A stretch of 63,997 nucleotides of DNA, the filler included, from Catajapyx aquilonaris (lineage: Eukaryota), in NCBI GenBank assembly GCA_000934665.2. It is 2 parts of 2 records of this genome, joined end to end, with 100 filler letters (N's around TTAATTAATTAA, not from the genome) between each part and the next. Parts side by side here need not be neighbours in the genome. Positions count along the whole stretch, not along the records: positions 1 to 31,970 come from JYFJ02004465.1; 1 more part is not named here. The stretch is one strand, 5' to 3'. The notes below the pieces were generated by a model. It was given only the letters and a program-made list of their open reading frames with translations. It was not told the DNA's origin and did not search any database. The position numbers and the translations under genes were made by a program. Below, in pieces: positions 11,655-25,690 of the stretch; positions within the stretch are counted from its first letter, which is position 1; each line of letters opens with the position of its first letter.

Positions 11655-12298
11655 TTAAGAGTGGGATCTGCCGTTGTTGTGGCTCATGTTGGCCATGATG
11701 CGCTGTATCTGCTCCCTCTTGTGGTGCAGACTGGCCCTCATCTCAGCGTTGAGCTCCTCCATGTGGCTGACCATGTCCTGCATTGTCCTGATGGCGTACT
11801 GGCCCACATCCTGCCTGTCCTCCTCCTCCGCTCTCAGCTGGGCAATGACGGCAGGGATGGCCAGACCCAGGCGGCCCAAGGGGTCGGACGTTTCAGGGTC
11901 GAAATACTGGCCGTCCCCTGCAGGACACAGCATGGACGGATCCTGCCGACTCCGGTTGTGCCGCCTACGCAGCAAAGCACGGCCCCGGTTGCTGTGGGGA
12001 TTGCAAATATATGTACAGGTGCATTTAATGAAGTGCAAGTGTCTCACTTATTGGCAGGGTGCGGCTTGAGCTTCCTTTCCTCCGTCTGCTGGGGGTGAAG
12101 CGGCCCATCTCCGCACCGCTCTTCCTTTGGGTACGGCAGCATCTCCTGGCCCTGCCCGCCTTGCTCATCCTGCCCGTTGTTCTGAGCCTGCTCCGCTTCG
12201 TCTGGCTCAGGGCTGCAGCTCTGCTGGGAGATCCTCTCCGGATTGAAGTTCTGCGCATGAGACGTGCCCTCCACCGGAGGAGATTCATCAGCCATCAT
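11655..12298 (-). CDS. Orphan ~195-aa protein, disordered Q/E/P-rich N-terminus and C-terminal predicted coiled coil
   Basis: Exons 12298-12048 and 11991-11655 are joined in frame by a short GT-AG intron. There is a 5'-UTR intron at 12352-12299. Coding-like GC content contrasts with AT-rich flanks. Confidence 0.7.
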
Positions 12299-12468
12299 CT
12301 GCGGAGGATCCAATGTTCATTATTTTGTCTGACCTTTCCACATGGTATTTACCTACTAAGGTCAAGGGTCACTGTGGCTCTCCACAAGCTGGAAAATGAG
12401 ACGAGAATGGAGAAGATTTCAGGGCCTGAAGTCGGCTGGAACAAAGTGGTTCGAATTACATTCGAAAA

Positions 12469-12551
12469 CAAGATGGCGGCGGTGACGTCACTTTTCATGG
12501 GATGACGTCACACACCCGATCACGTGATTTGAAATGGCGGGGGAATTTGAA
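12469..12551 (-). promoter_or_regulatory. Motif-dense core promoter (YY1-like, 2x CRE, E-box, CHR/E2F-like)
   Basis: caagatggcggc at 12469, tgacgtca at 12483 and 12503, atcacgtgat at 12519, tttgaa at 12528 and 12546, and ggcggg at 12536. The cluster lies immediately upstream of the minus-strand orphan gene. Confidence 0.65.
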
Positions 12552-13409
12552 CATTCTGGAACGATTTGTGTTGGACAGGAATTGGCAGTAAAATATTAAT
12601 GATCGTTGGTCCTAATTTTTAGAAGATAATAATCACGGATGGACATTATTTTCAGCTGGCATCGTTCTTCATCGGCACAGTCAAACCTTGTGTTTTGTTC
12701 AATTATTCCATGGCGGGGTTGAAACGTAAATTTTTGCAAATATTTGGCGCGTATGTAGCAGCTACATACGCGCCAATTATTTGCAAATACATATGTTAAT
12801 TCCATAGTTGAACTTTATATGTCATTCGGCCAACCCGGAAGAATGGCGTGGTGGGGTTATAAACCGCAGATGTGATGAATGGTTTCCATTAGGATTATCT
12901 GGACGTTATTGGTATGGATATAATATTCTATTAATACAGTAACAATGATTGAGAGCTAGGAGGATACCAAAGTTGAATTTAATTTGACAGTAAATAACTG
13001 AAATAAATACGATTATACCTTGGACAGTGAAATTCTGTAGGGTCTGGTAAAAATTGCAGATATCTCTCTCACTTTATTTCCTTTATGCTTTACAACAAAC
13101 ACACAATCATCGCCTCATCACCTAGTTGTCCCGTGAAGGTAGCCTGGACGATGGGTGTCAACAGCACCTCTGTCGCTTCGTGTCGTCTGGGTGACGTGAG
13201 ACAACAACAGCGACCATTCATTCCAATTTTTGGAGACCATTCCTCTGGACAATTTTACAATTACGCCAACACCATTTTAATGTCTACACATCCGACGTAA
13301 ATTCAGGTTGGTGAGTATCCTGCGAAGGTACGGCGTACATAGCTTTTGGAACAAGGAATCCTCTTGAGTGACACTGGTTTGATTGATTTGCAGAATCGAC
13401 TGAGTGTCC

Positions 13410-14587
13410 ATGATGCTGTGGGTGCGTCACTTTTTACTTCTGATGTGGAAAAACCTGCTCTTACGCCAGAGTAATTTCCTTGTGACAATCTTCGAACTCC
13501 TACTTCCTCTACTTATGTCCCTGACCTTGTTGCCATCCAGTGGATCCGGACCGTCGACGAACCCTTGGTCGAACCGCACATCTAAACATGCACAACACAT
13601 CTCTGACGTACAAAGTGAAAAAGATATTTTAGACCGTGTGTTGCCGCTCAGGTAATGGGATAACTGCAATGAGATGAATTTGGCACAGAATACTTTAGGG
13701 ACGCCATATAATATCTGGACTTTTAATATGCAACCAATGAATACAGTATATGCACAATTTTTTTCGCAGAATGGTTGCGTATGCCCCGTCGAATGAATTT
13801 ACTGACAATGTGATGAAGTCGGTGGAAATGTTCTTGCGGAGACATAACAATACCCCTGGTAATAAATGTATTTTGTTACCAATTATGTGGTAAGTTACTG
13901 CTGTAGATCACAGGGCGGAATGTAATAATCATGGTACTTATTATCACCCGAACATTATTTTACGCTTTAAAAAAATAAGAAAGTACATAAAAGTATCTGA
14001 GAGGTAACATTGGGGCCACAGTGTATTTCTTAAAAGTAATAAAAAAGAAAATGTACTTTTTCAACAGCAGCAGAAATTGAAACACTGCATAATTATTAAG
14101 ACTTTCCAGAAATCGAGGCCAAGGAGACGACAGACGAAATAATAGATATGTACAACATAATGAGAGCATCATCAAATGATGATAACGATGATGATGTTAA
14201 ATTGGCAGGAGTCGTGTTTGACGGACCGTTCAAGAAATACCAGATGTCATCAAGACCAATCACATACAGGATCATGCTACATCCAAATTGGGTCGAGACA
14301 GAAAAATATTACTCCACTAGAGGTGGAACAGGTAGGTGAATGAGTAAAATGCATTACCAACATAATAATTATTTGCATAAGTCATGCATTCAGTTCAGAT
14401 CAGTCAGTACGACATTGCTAACCCATACTTTCTCGTATCCATTTTGGTAGACACAGTCTATATCAACAATGGATTCTCTGGTATTCAGATAGCGGTTGAC
14501 AAAGGAATTATTGAAACTCTCTGCCGCTCTGGCGCCTGCACCACTAAGTCAATGCCAAAAGTAAGATTTGCAGAACATACTATACGC

Positions 14588-14622
<35 letters not shown>

Positions 14623-17600
14623 TACCTCCCATTTTCACCGTATTAGGAATTAAAGAAATGGATATTTTTCTCCTTATTTTACGCTTGAAAATATAATGTA
14701 AATTGCATTAGGGTTACAAAATATGGTACCATGTTATTACAAGAAGTGACTCAATCGGGAAGGTGACTATATGAAGAAGTAGCAGAACGGTGACTCTCAC
14801 CTTTGTGACTATTAAAATATTTTTTCTATATTCTTGTTTTTATTTCACAGGTCATCGGAACGTAAGTAAAAATAGCGCTCGTATTATTTAGATATTTAGG
14901 CCTCTACTGATACAAAGTAATGACGCTGAATTATTTTTTCGTAATTTTTGGTATTTATTAACTGATTACAGATTAATGCCCAAAGAATGCCCGTCCCAGC
15001 CTACACCACGAAGACAGGCGACCAATACGTAATGATGGTTCAAATGCCCTCGGTATTTTGTTGGGGCTTCGTGTTTTTATGCGAAACAGTAATCACTGGG
15101 GTTGTCAGTGAAAAGGAAACTGGTGTCAAGGCAAAGCAATTTTCGATTTCCCATCACTCTATGGGCTGCACACAGCCCAGCATATTTCAATGTCATGCAC
15201 TAATTTGTTGTTTAAAATATGTATACCTTTCTGTGCCAACAGGAATTGATGAAAATGATGGGAATGTCCGAATTCATGAATTGGTTTTGCTGGATGATCA
15301 ATGCAATGATGGTTTTGACCATTTCCGTAACAATAACGGTCATCATGTGGTCAATAGACTACACCGGACATAATCCTGGTGGAGTCCTAAACCAGACGGA
15401 TCCGTCCCTTTTTTGGGTGTTCCTCATGCTGTACGCAATGGCTTCGGTGACATTTTTTTTCGTTGTTAGTGCTCTTATGAAAAGGCGTAAGTATAATAAT
15501 CAAAATACGTGTATCATTGTAATAATTATAGAACCTCTAATAACCGCATAATAAATCCACAGCAATCCTTGCGACTACAGTTGGATTCATATTGTGGTTG
15601 GTAACATTCTACAGTTCCTGGATTTACGGCAAGTTGGCCGTGGAATACGAATATATGAACACTTATTATGTCAAACTGGCACTGTGCCTCCTCCCTAACG
15701 GTGCTCTTCCAATTGGATTGATAGCTATGTCAATTTACGCTCAGAAAGGTAAGGAATAAGACGACACCTCCTGGTGCTCACATCAGTGACAAACACTGAG
15801 ATACTTTCCAGACATTCCTTTAAACTGGTCCAACATGCACATGCCAGAATCCATCGAGGGTGATGGACTCACCCTGTCCCATGTATTTCTGATGCTCACT
15901 GCGGACATTGTGTTGTACCTTGCTCTAACGTGGTACTTTTCCTCCATCATGCCTGGGGATTACGGGGTTGCGCAACCGTGGTACTTTTTCGTCATGGTAC
16001 AGTACGCCCATGCATATACAGATATGAGAAAAATATATATATAAACGGCTAATTTCACTCCCTCTCCCCAGCCTTCATACTGGTGTCCCAGGGCAGAAAG
16101 AATGGCCATACGGACGTCACCAGAGGACCCTTCTTCCGAGACCCAGATTGACGAGAGTAGTTTTGAAAGGGAGCCGTCCGACTTGCCAGTGGGAATTTCC
16201 ATAAGGGACATCTACAAGGTGTACTACACGTCTCTGACCGGACGGCAAAAGAGGGCAGTGGACGGAGTCAGTCTGAACATTTACGAGGGTCAGATCACGG
16301 TCTTGCTGGGGCACAACGGAGCTGGGAAGACCACGCTCATGTCCATACTCACGGGTATATGAACAGGCCTGTAGATTGCTGTATACTGTATAGTAGCATA
16401 ATAAGTAGCTTCTGCGTAACAAGAGGTCCTTGTATGGCTACGCCTGCACAAATGGTATCGTTTCAGGTCTTTTTTCTCCAACAAGAGGGACAGCTGTGAT
16501 TAACGGATACGACATTCGCACCAGCATGCAAAAAGTGCAGAGTCATTTGAGCCTGTGCCCTCAACACAACATGCTTTTCAATGAACTGACAGTCAGCGAC
16601 CACATGCAGCTTTTTGGAATGGTATTATTCATATTTTTGAGGCCATTTGCTTCTGCTAAAGTTATCAGCCTAAAACCCTAAATGAATGACTATATAATAC
16701 AGTATAATATTCCATAACAAGCCGTAATGTAATTTGCATGAGATTTCCACTATCAAATGAAGCACAGTACGTACAGTATATGGTAATATTAGAAGTAACT
16801 TTGCAGGATGACGATTAACCCAGGATTAACCTGTAAAGACAAAAATGAATAATGGATTCTTTTTGATACAGCTAAAAGGTTTGAGCTTCGCAGAAGCCTC
16901 GAGGGAAGGAAAGAGCTTGATTGCAAAGTTGAGACTGATGGGCAAGTGGAATGAACCGTCTTCGTCGTTGTCTGGCGGACAGAAGAGGAAACTCTCACTG
17001 GCCATCGCATTGATAGGAGGCTCCAAGGTGAGGTGCTATGGCGCTATTTTTGCATCCATTTTGCCATTTTATTTACAAATATCTGAACAGGTGGTGATGC
17101 TTGATGAGCCAACTTCCGGTATGGATCCTGAAGCTAGAAGAGGTGTCTGGGACATGCTTCTGGTATATAAGGACACGAGTGTATTGGCTGCAGCCATGAA
17201 CTACGGAATTCACAAAACCTTCCTCCTCTATTTTGACAGGGTTTTAGAGGACATAAAACTATCATCTTAACCACCCATATCATGGAAGAGGCCGACGTCT
17301 TAGGAGACAGAATCGCCATCATGGCTCATGGAAAGGTCCAGTGTTGCGGAAGCCCACTATTTCTCAAGAAGCATTACGGTCAGTCCATCACCGATGAATC
17401 GCAGCTACGCAAGTACAAAATACAAGCAACTATTTTTGTTTACAGGCACCGGGTATATACTGAAGATGACCACCCTATCAAACTGCCACGTGAACAAAGT
17501 GACACAAGCGGTGCAGGGGATTATTCCCGAATCTCAATTGAAAGCAGTGATCGGAACAGAAGTGTCCTACCTTCTTCCGACTGACCAAACCGCCAATTTC

Positions 17601-20600
17601 CCTGCCTTGTTTGAGACACTGAATGCCAATAAAAATGGCCTGGGAATAGCGGCTTTTGGAGTGTCACTTACCACCTTGGACGAAGTGTTCTTGAAGTAAG
17701 TTTAATGTGGTGGTGGCCGGTATGAAATGTGATAGTTAGAGTGATAGATTGATAGAATTTTTATTTCCATCATGCTACCCGAATATTATTGGAAAGACAC
17801 TCACACCAGGGAGCATATACTACATAAGAGGCGCAAACATTCGATTTCCGCGTCTCTCTATAGTTGGGGCGTTGCCAAGGCTGGCGGCGATTTTGAAGTG
17901 TGGGTAACGCCAACGAGGTATAAATAGGGTAGGCTACAGGCAAAAATAGGGTTCGCCAACTTTGATTCGCGCGTGTTCTTGCCGTGTAGTTGCCATGGCC
18001 GCCAAAATAACCATCAAAGATGGCGAACCCTATTTTTTGCCTGTACCCTATATTTATACCTCGTTGGCGTTGCCCCCACTTCAAAATCGCCGCCAGCCTT
18101 GGCAACGCCCCAAACAGAGAGTCATTTAAAAAATTTAAAACAAAAATCCAGCAATGGGATCTTGTATTATTATTGAATGAGAATAATAATACAAGATCAC
18201 ATAGCTGGATTTTTTTAAATTTTTTAATCAATAAATACAGTACCGTCAAATGGGCTGACGTTGGCCGGCCGGGTGAACTTGGCCACAATTCCAAAATGTC
18301 ATTAATGAATATATTAACGTAACGTGTATCATAAAATGAGGCTTTCAATGACCCCATGCCATTTATATGGCAGCGCTTAGAATGCTGTAGACTTTTAAAA
18401 AATCACCTGCGCCGGCATAATTGAGCAAGAAAATAACTGTTAAATTCCACCCCATGAAACCACCCAATTTTCATAGTGTGAAAACTTTATAGTCTTGCAA
18501 ATAAAGAAATTGCGAAGCAAGTGTACAATGACTCTCGTAGTCGCTCTTAGTTACTCCATTTACCACACAATGAGTATTGATCAATCAGTTCCAACTTCTT
18601 TTTTTTCCCTCTGTAGAGTTATGAAATAATATGTGTGGATGTATACCATTATTCTTAAATTTTGTCATTTTTTACAGAGTCGGAGAAATTGCGGATAGAG
18701 GAATAAGTGCACCACGGATTGGGCATGGTCCTCTGGAATTATCATTGGCGTCAGAATCGAGCGACAGTCCATCTGGTAAGATAATTATGTGCCAAGGGAT
18801 TCTTTGATAAAAAATACTGTAAATGTCCAAACAGCGCCGGCGAGTCCAGCAGGTAGAGGGGTCCGGAGCCAAATTCACGCGCGGGGCACCTTCAATCGGG
18901 GGGTTATGAATTTTTCGGAAGGTAGAAGTGGTCATTCAAACTAATTTGCCGTTTTAACTATCAATGGTTCCAACATTTTTGCGGCGGGCTATGGCTTTGC
19001 AATCGATTTATTTGCGAGCATTGTAATTAAGACAACCAATACCTAGCTATCTCGTCTATAGTATCGTCCGAAAAAGGAGGTAGGAAAAGTAGTAGTAGAA
19101 GAAGAAGACGGAAGGATATAGGCAAGATTAAAGACTACGAGAATTAATGTACCCGGGGTGGTCCTCACTCCTCACAAATGTTGGAATCCGTCGGAATCCG
19201 GTATAACTTACATGCCATATCATGACTGTTGCACTTTTCTCTGAAGTCTATAAATGGTTGGAAAATATTCCACAGTTACGTGATGAATGTACGATGCATT
19301 AACGCTTATGTTTCTGCCAGGTCCCACCAGCAGTCTCATTAAAATTCGTGGATTTGCTCTATTGCTGCAACAGACTGCTGCGTTGTTTCACAAACTCATG
19401 CTGCACTCTATGAGAGAGTGGTTGACTGTGATTTTTCAGGTAGGTCGCTTTTTGTTTTCTATTTTGAATTGCAGAAATCAATCATTTTGTCACGAAGTAT
19501 TTCAGTCCATTATAGCAATTGTGCTAACTCTGTCGTGCATATATGTCGCCGCGAGACCGACAGGGTCTCCCGGGTCAGTGAAGCATCAGCCGCCATTGAC
19601 GTTAAGCCTGGAAACCTGCACAGACACAGTTCTTATGATCCCAGATCCTGTTGACCAGTCTGGATATTCCTACTATTATGGGCAAATGCTACCCGGATTA
19701 GTTCAAGTCAAGACTGGCCAAAATCTGGCACAAAAATTCCTTCAAGCGGGAAGAAAATCTTTTGATTCATACCAGAAGGACTACATAGTAGCCGCCGACT
19801 TCAGTGGCATTGAACACAGCAATGCCTCTATCAATGCCATGTACGGAATAGCTGCATTACACGGAGCTGGAATTTCCATTAATTTAGTGGACAATGCCAT
19901 CTTGAAGAAAGAACTTGGTGAAGATTACTTAATTACGACTATCAACCATCCATTCCCACAATATGCAAAGGTGTGTCTTTACAAAATAATGCTTTATTCT
20001 GTGTTTATTCTTGTATAAGGCACAGTGTAACCTTATTAATTAAGTTCATACTGTGCCGAGTTCAAACTGAGCAATATTATTATTCCTCTTTCTTTGGAGG
20101 GCACAATATTAGCCCAGCACAAGTCCTCACCATTATCATCATGTGCCGAATGACTTTTTGATTTAGTCATCTACTTTGTCGCCTATTCCCACAGAAAGAA
20201 GATCGGATTGATTCTAGAATACATTTGATGATGCCCTACAGCATGATATTTGCAATTTGCATTTTCCTCGGTTTGGCGCTTCTGGCTGCGTCTTTCGTTG
20301 CGTTTCCAATCCAAGAAACCGTCTCAAAATCCAAGCAGCTCCAGTTGATGACTGGTGTCTCGCCACTTCTCTACTGGTTGACATTTCTACTTTGGGACAT
20401 GGTCATGTATCTCATTACAGTGTGCCTCATGCTGATTTGCCTCGTCGCTGTGGACAGCCGTGGTATATACACTTCAGGAAATGGACTAGGTACTGTACGC
20501 TATCGTCAGAAATGCTGTATATGCCTAGGTCTGTTCTATCATATTTGAAATAATAATGTACTGTACTTCAGACAAAAACAAAATATTATACGTACCGTAT

Positions 20601-23600
20601 AATTATTATCACACACACTTCTAAATAATATTAACACAATAATAATTATTTTTTGTGTAAGCTTATACTATAAGGTGAAATATTGTTACAGCCCTGAAAA
20701 TTTAATAACTTGTCTTATTAGTGCGGGACCTATAAGCCGCTCAAAAAACAGGCCGAACTTTGCACTTTGTGATAAGAAGGTGCCACTTGGTACATAAGTT
20801 CCCTAGGCCTATAGCGCTATAGGAGCCATTTCAGAGTTGGCGGATAGGACACCCATGGTCGGAAACCCATCCCAAAGGCGCTAGAAAGCCTCAAAGGTCC
20901 ACTATTGTAACAATATTTCAATTGTTGGATGAAATATTGTTTATAACAACGAAACAACGAGCACAATGGAAGACAACAATAATGGATTGTTACGACAACA
21001 TTGGGATGACAATGAGCCTTGGAGGCTCCGTAGCTCCGTTGGGATGGGTTTCCGACCATGGATGTCCTATACTATCTCAAATAATTGCTTCTCTTGGCAG
21101 CCCCTACATACCTTGTAACCCCTGTACCGAATTACAGTCTGAAACACTATGGTATACCGTGTGTCACGTAACTATTGGCATTAGGCCCTGTGCCAGAACT
21201 TTACTACACCAACGTGCAAGTTGAACCGATAATGATAGATCCACCTTTCCAGAATTATTTATTTTCCGCCAGCTGGTGTTATTCATTAACTAGAACTTAT
21301 TGCTTCTAATATTATTGCAGGTGCCATCTTCTTATTGTTATCTGCATTCGGCTGGGCTGGAATAACAGTCTCATACTTGACAAGCTTCTTCGCCAAAAGA
21401 GTCGCTGGAGGATATTCTCTCGTCGCATCTCTTCATATATTCACTGGTATGAAATTATTTGATTTCAACAATAACTTGGTTTTGAGCACATAGTCAAATA
21501 AGCAGTACCGCGTGGACCCTCGCACTTCGAACTGCCCTAACTAATTTTCCAGAGTTAGAACGCTTAATTCTCAAGAAAATTGATCCAGTTCGAACGATGC
21601 TTCTATATAAGTTCGAACTACTCGCACGATGAAAAAGAATACCCTTGCTGCGTAAACGCCATATTATGTTTTGCGTCCAAGTCGTCTCTCGCTCTAGCTG
21701 TGAAAGCATATCTTGCGTTACCCTCGCGTGTTTTCAGTGCTTTTTATCACTTTATTTGGATTGATTAGATTGATCCTCTGATTGGAGAGGATCAATCTAA
21801 TCAATCCAAATTCGGACCGAACAATTCAGACTTCGAACGACCTCCTGGAACGGATTAAGTCTTCGAAGTACTGTATATTCTCAATAGTGCATGATGAACG
21901 CATGATGAATCCCCCCAAAAATATTATTGATTCAATATTTTAATTTTCTCCATTCCTCTGACAGGCATATCGGGCGCACTTACAGTATGGGAGATGCACA
22001 ATAAGAACGAGCCGACACTATTGGCTGTTGCCCTTGAGTGGATTCTGGGTATATTCCCAGCCTTTCCAGCATGTTACGGATTGCTGCAGTTCGCGTTAAC
22101 CGCGACCTTCGCCAACCAATGTAGTTATTATGCGAGAGATGTCATAAAAGAAGTATGCTATGATCTACAATATAATGCAACTGACAAGTACAAACTGAAA
22201 TGTTGTGGTAATTACCTGTGAAAAGACCGCCCCTCTAAATGAGGGAAATGTTGTTATCATCATTTTATTTGCCGCAGGCGTATGCAAATCCGACGGAACC
22301 TGCATTGTGCCAAGGAATTATATCACCTGGAATATAAAGCGCACTAATGAGCAAATTCCACATACGGGGAAGAGCACATATGGTGTTGGTATCGCCATAT
22401 TTTCCCTGATGCTGGATGGATGCATATATTTGGGATTAATTTTACTCCTGGAGAGTGGTATCCTGCAGCAGGCCTGCAATACGGCACCCTCTCGACGGGC
22501 TGCAATAATGGACCAATCACTTTTGGATGAAGACGTTCAAAATGAAAACGCCAGGGTTAAAGAGCTACGTACGTATGTATAAATAGCAATTTTCCGGCGG
22601 AAAGTGATTCAGCAATCAATACAAACTCCTGCATGATATTTTGCAAAAAGTCATAGAATAAAGAATCAACATTTGTGTAAAGTCATCATATCATCAGCCA
22701 AGGAACGGTAGTTAAATCACGCATCGAGTAATATCATGAGAATTAAAGTCAGTGACATTTTTTTTCAGCCCTCGGTACGAGCACTGTTGTAGTGAAGGAT
22801 TTGTCCAAAAGATTTCGAAACTTCGTGGCAGTGAGGAACGTCAGTTTCGCCATCGAGGACTGCGAATGTTTCGGATTGTTGGGAGTGAACGGCGCCGGAA
22901 AGACCACGACGTTCAGGATGCTGACCGGAGATGAGACACCGAGCAGTGGCGATGCATATCTGTTGGGAGAAAGTGTCACGAGGTCGAGAAGAGCAGTAAG
23001 CAAACTGTGTCTTATTATCCCTTATTGGTGAAAGAAAGATGCTCATGTTCTGTCCGCACAGTACTTGTCCCAGATAGGTTACTGCCCCCAGTTCGACGCC
23101 ATAATAGACGTCCTGACGGGCAAAGAGATGCTTCACCTGTACGCTTCGTTGAGGGGGATAGCCGGTGCGGATAAGCGAGTCCAGGAAGTGAGACGGTGGG
23201 TGAGGAACCTGGGCTTGCAAGAGCACAAGTCCAAGCCTTGCGGGACCTACTCCGGTGGGAACAAGAGGAAGCTGAGCACCGCCATTGCCCTCATTGGTGA
23301 CCCCAAAGTGGTCTTCCTGGACGAGCCCACCAGCGGGGTTGACCCCACGGCCAGGAGGAACCTCTGGCAGGTGCTGGCTCAGATCAAGTCCACCGGACAG
23401 GCGGTCGTACTCACATCGCACAGGTACGGCGACGCACTTATACCATCAGGAGAGGACGTCCTGTATTTACGCAACTAATCCCACACACCACACGTGTTCC
23501 AGCATGGATGAATGCGAGGCCCTGTGTTCCCGATTGGCCATAATGGTCAACGGCCAGTTCCAGTGCTTGGGAGGACCTCAGCACATCAAATCCAAGTTTG

Positions 23601-24114
23601 GCCAAGGGTTCACCGTGGTGTTGAAACTGAAGCGAGGCAGTGAAGTTGCCTATCAGGAGGGTGAAGTGTCTGCTCTGAAAAGTCGAGTGGAGTCCACGTT
23701 GGCACCGTGTGTCCTGAAGGACGAGCATCAGGTAACAAAAGAACGATATATTCCTTGATATTATGGTAAACAGGGAGGCTAAATACTCGTTAAGAGTACA
23801 GTTAGTAAAATTAAATAACCATGAACCATGCTCGAGTTTGTCTACATGCATCATTAGCATTTCAGAGATTTCATCTTCAGCCAAATCCAATCTCGCTTAA
23901 TTTATCATTATCATTTTTTCAGCTGCAGTGTATACATTTTTTATTTTCTTCCCAGGGACTGCTGCAATACCATGTCACTAATACAGCGTTGTCTTGGCCT
24001 TTCCTCTTCCGAACCATGGAAAGCTTGAAAAATGAGGTGGATGTGATTGAAGACTATTCAATCAGCGAGACGACATTGGAGCAAGTCTTTCTCTCTTTCG
24101 CTAGACATCAGTAG
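13410..24114 (+). CDS. ABC transporter subfamily A (ABCA3-like) full transporter, ~25 exons
   Basis: N-terminal LLLMWKN motif and EKETGVKELMKMMG. NBD1 has [18 protein letters not shown] and [12 protein letters not shown]2 has [18 protein letters not shown] and FLDEPTSG. The C-terminus is [20 protein letters not shown]. Confidence 0.95.
14588..14621. repeat. (TTA)n microsatellite in ABCA intron
   Basis: About 11 TTA units. Confidence 0.9.
17854..18121. mobile_element. Foldback MITE in ABCA intron
   Basis: ~110-bp arms at 17854-17966 and 18013-18121 are near reverse complements (ttggggcgttgccaaggctggcggcgattttgaagtg / cacttcaaaatcgccgccagccttggcaacgccccaa). Confidence 0.85.
20844..21070. mobile_element. 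MITE with ~55-bp imperfect TIRs in ABCA intron
   Basis: ataggacacccatggtcggaaacccatcccaa at the left end and ttgggatgggtttccgaccatggatgtcctat at the right end. Confidence 0.8.
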
Positions 24115-24414
24115 AAAACGAGATTGAAGGGTTTTTTTCTTCGCATCCATGAAGAGGATATTTAACTGCTCAAAATCATGGGAAAAGACCAAGAGCTTCT
24201 GACAGTAGTTGCATGTCATCTTTCGGCTTACAAAATAATGTTTGGTTGTGCCACACCGGTCACAGGATATTACTGGATGATGATCTGAGAATCACATTAT
24301 ACTGTACTGAAACTGTGATATTTCATGACGGATTAAAATTAAAAATATGTGCAATAACTTTTAATAAGTTATTTCAGTAATACCGGTAGCCCGCACTTTT
24401 TATCTGTAAGTTTA

Positions 24415-24543
24415 ATGCCTGGTTGCACCAACAAAATTACCAGTCCGATAGCTCCTAACGGACAGATAGGTAGACCTTTTAACATGTGCTATGGATCCGT
24501 TAGGAGCTATCGGACTGGTAATTTTGTTGGTGCAACCAGGCAT
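24415..24543. mobile_element. 129-bp MITE with perfect 48-bp TIRs (PIF/Harbinger-like termini, tentative)
   Basis: 24415-24462 is the exact reverse complement of 24496-24543, with a 33-nt spacer. Confidence 0.88.
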
Positions 24544-25560
24544 ACGTACTATTAAGTAATTCCTTGTAACAAAATTAGCAATCTTCATTTCATAAATTTT
24601 CGCAGTGGAATGTTCCCGTTCGTCAGTCGCTTCTGGCTTACTTGCAGCAAAAGAGTCTCGAATGTAATCCAACACTTTCCCTTTGTGTGAAGCTGATGTT
24701 TTTTTTTTTTTGTCTTTGCATTTTATGCTTATCAGCTATTGCTGATAACAGTCATCATCAAGTGCTATGCTGGAGAAGTGGTATGATTGCATATTACTAT
24801 TATAAATTTGAACAAGGTGATATTAATATCCCTGCAAGGATGGTGAAAGTCTCCGATTGATAGATGTACTGTACAGTAAGTACGTGTCGTATGGTACATA
24901 ATCTTATATAGAGTATAGACTACTATTCTGCTTAATAATGATAAGAATCATATTATTTTCAAGGCCAGCATAGGAAAAATATTTTTTTCGTGGTTTTTCT
25001 TGTACCCCATGACAAAATCCCTGTAACACTGGATAATCAAAATATGATAAAAAGCGTGATTTTTTTTGCTGCATCTGGTGAAATGGATTATGTGGCAAGA
25101 CTTCCTAGATATGAATGAAGAATCTGGACTCGAGTTATGATTTTTTTGATTTTGTGCGGGAGAGACCAAAGCAGCCTTTTAATGTTTACTAAATGCCATA
25201 AGACAATGACACATATAAAAACCTTTCATCCAATCGCCAGCGCGTTTTGTGTAAAACGACACAAACTGTGAGCCATTATTGTGATATGTGACACACTGGA
25301 CATCCTGCTTCAAAATATGTACGCCAAAGCATGCCAAAGTGAAGGATGGAAGATAAAAAGGGGAGTTAAATCTGGTTAAATACACTTGACGATTTGAATA
25401 GAACGCCGGGCAGAGTAGGTGGCGCAGCGGGCGGCAACAATGCGGCTCTAAAGCCGCTTAATTGCATTACACTTTGTTTTTATATCATTAAAACATTAAT
25501 AATGAGCCAAAGTTAAATACCTAACTAAATAAACAAAGCCACGAAATTAGTGACACCCTC

Positions 25561-25690
25561 CGGCCAATTCGTGCAATAGTGTTCGAAATACCGGCCAATC
25601 ATGACGCAGAGCCAACCTGCACTGTCCAATCAGATGACAGGACTATAGGAAGCGCATGCGTAGTACGAACATCAGTGAACTGGCGCATGT
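25561..25690 (+). promoter_or_regulatory. RFWD3 promoter: three CCAAT boxes plus NRF1-like GCGCATGCG
   Basis: ccaat at ~25564, ~25595 and ~25626 (31-bp spacing), gcgcatgcg at ~25652, and ggcgcatg at ~25682. Confidence 0.6.
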
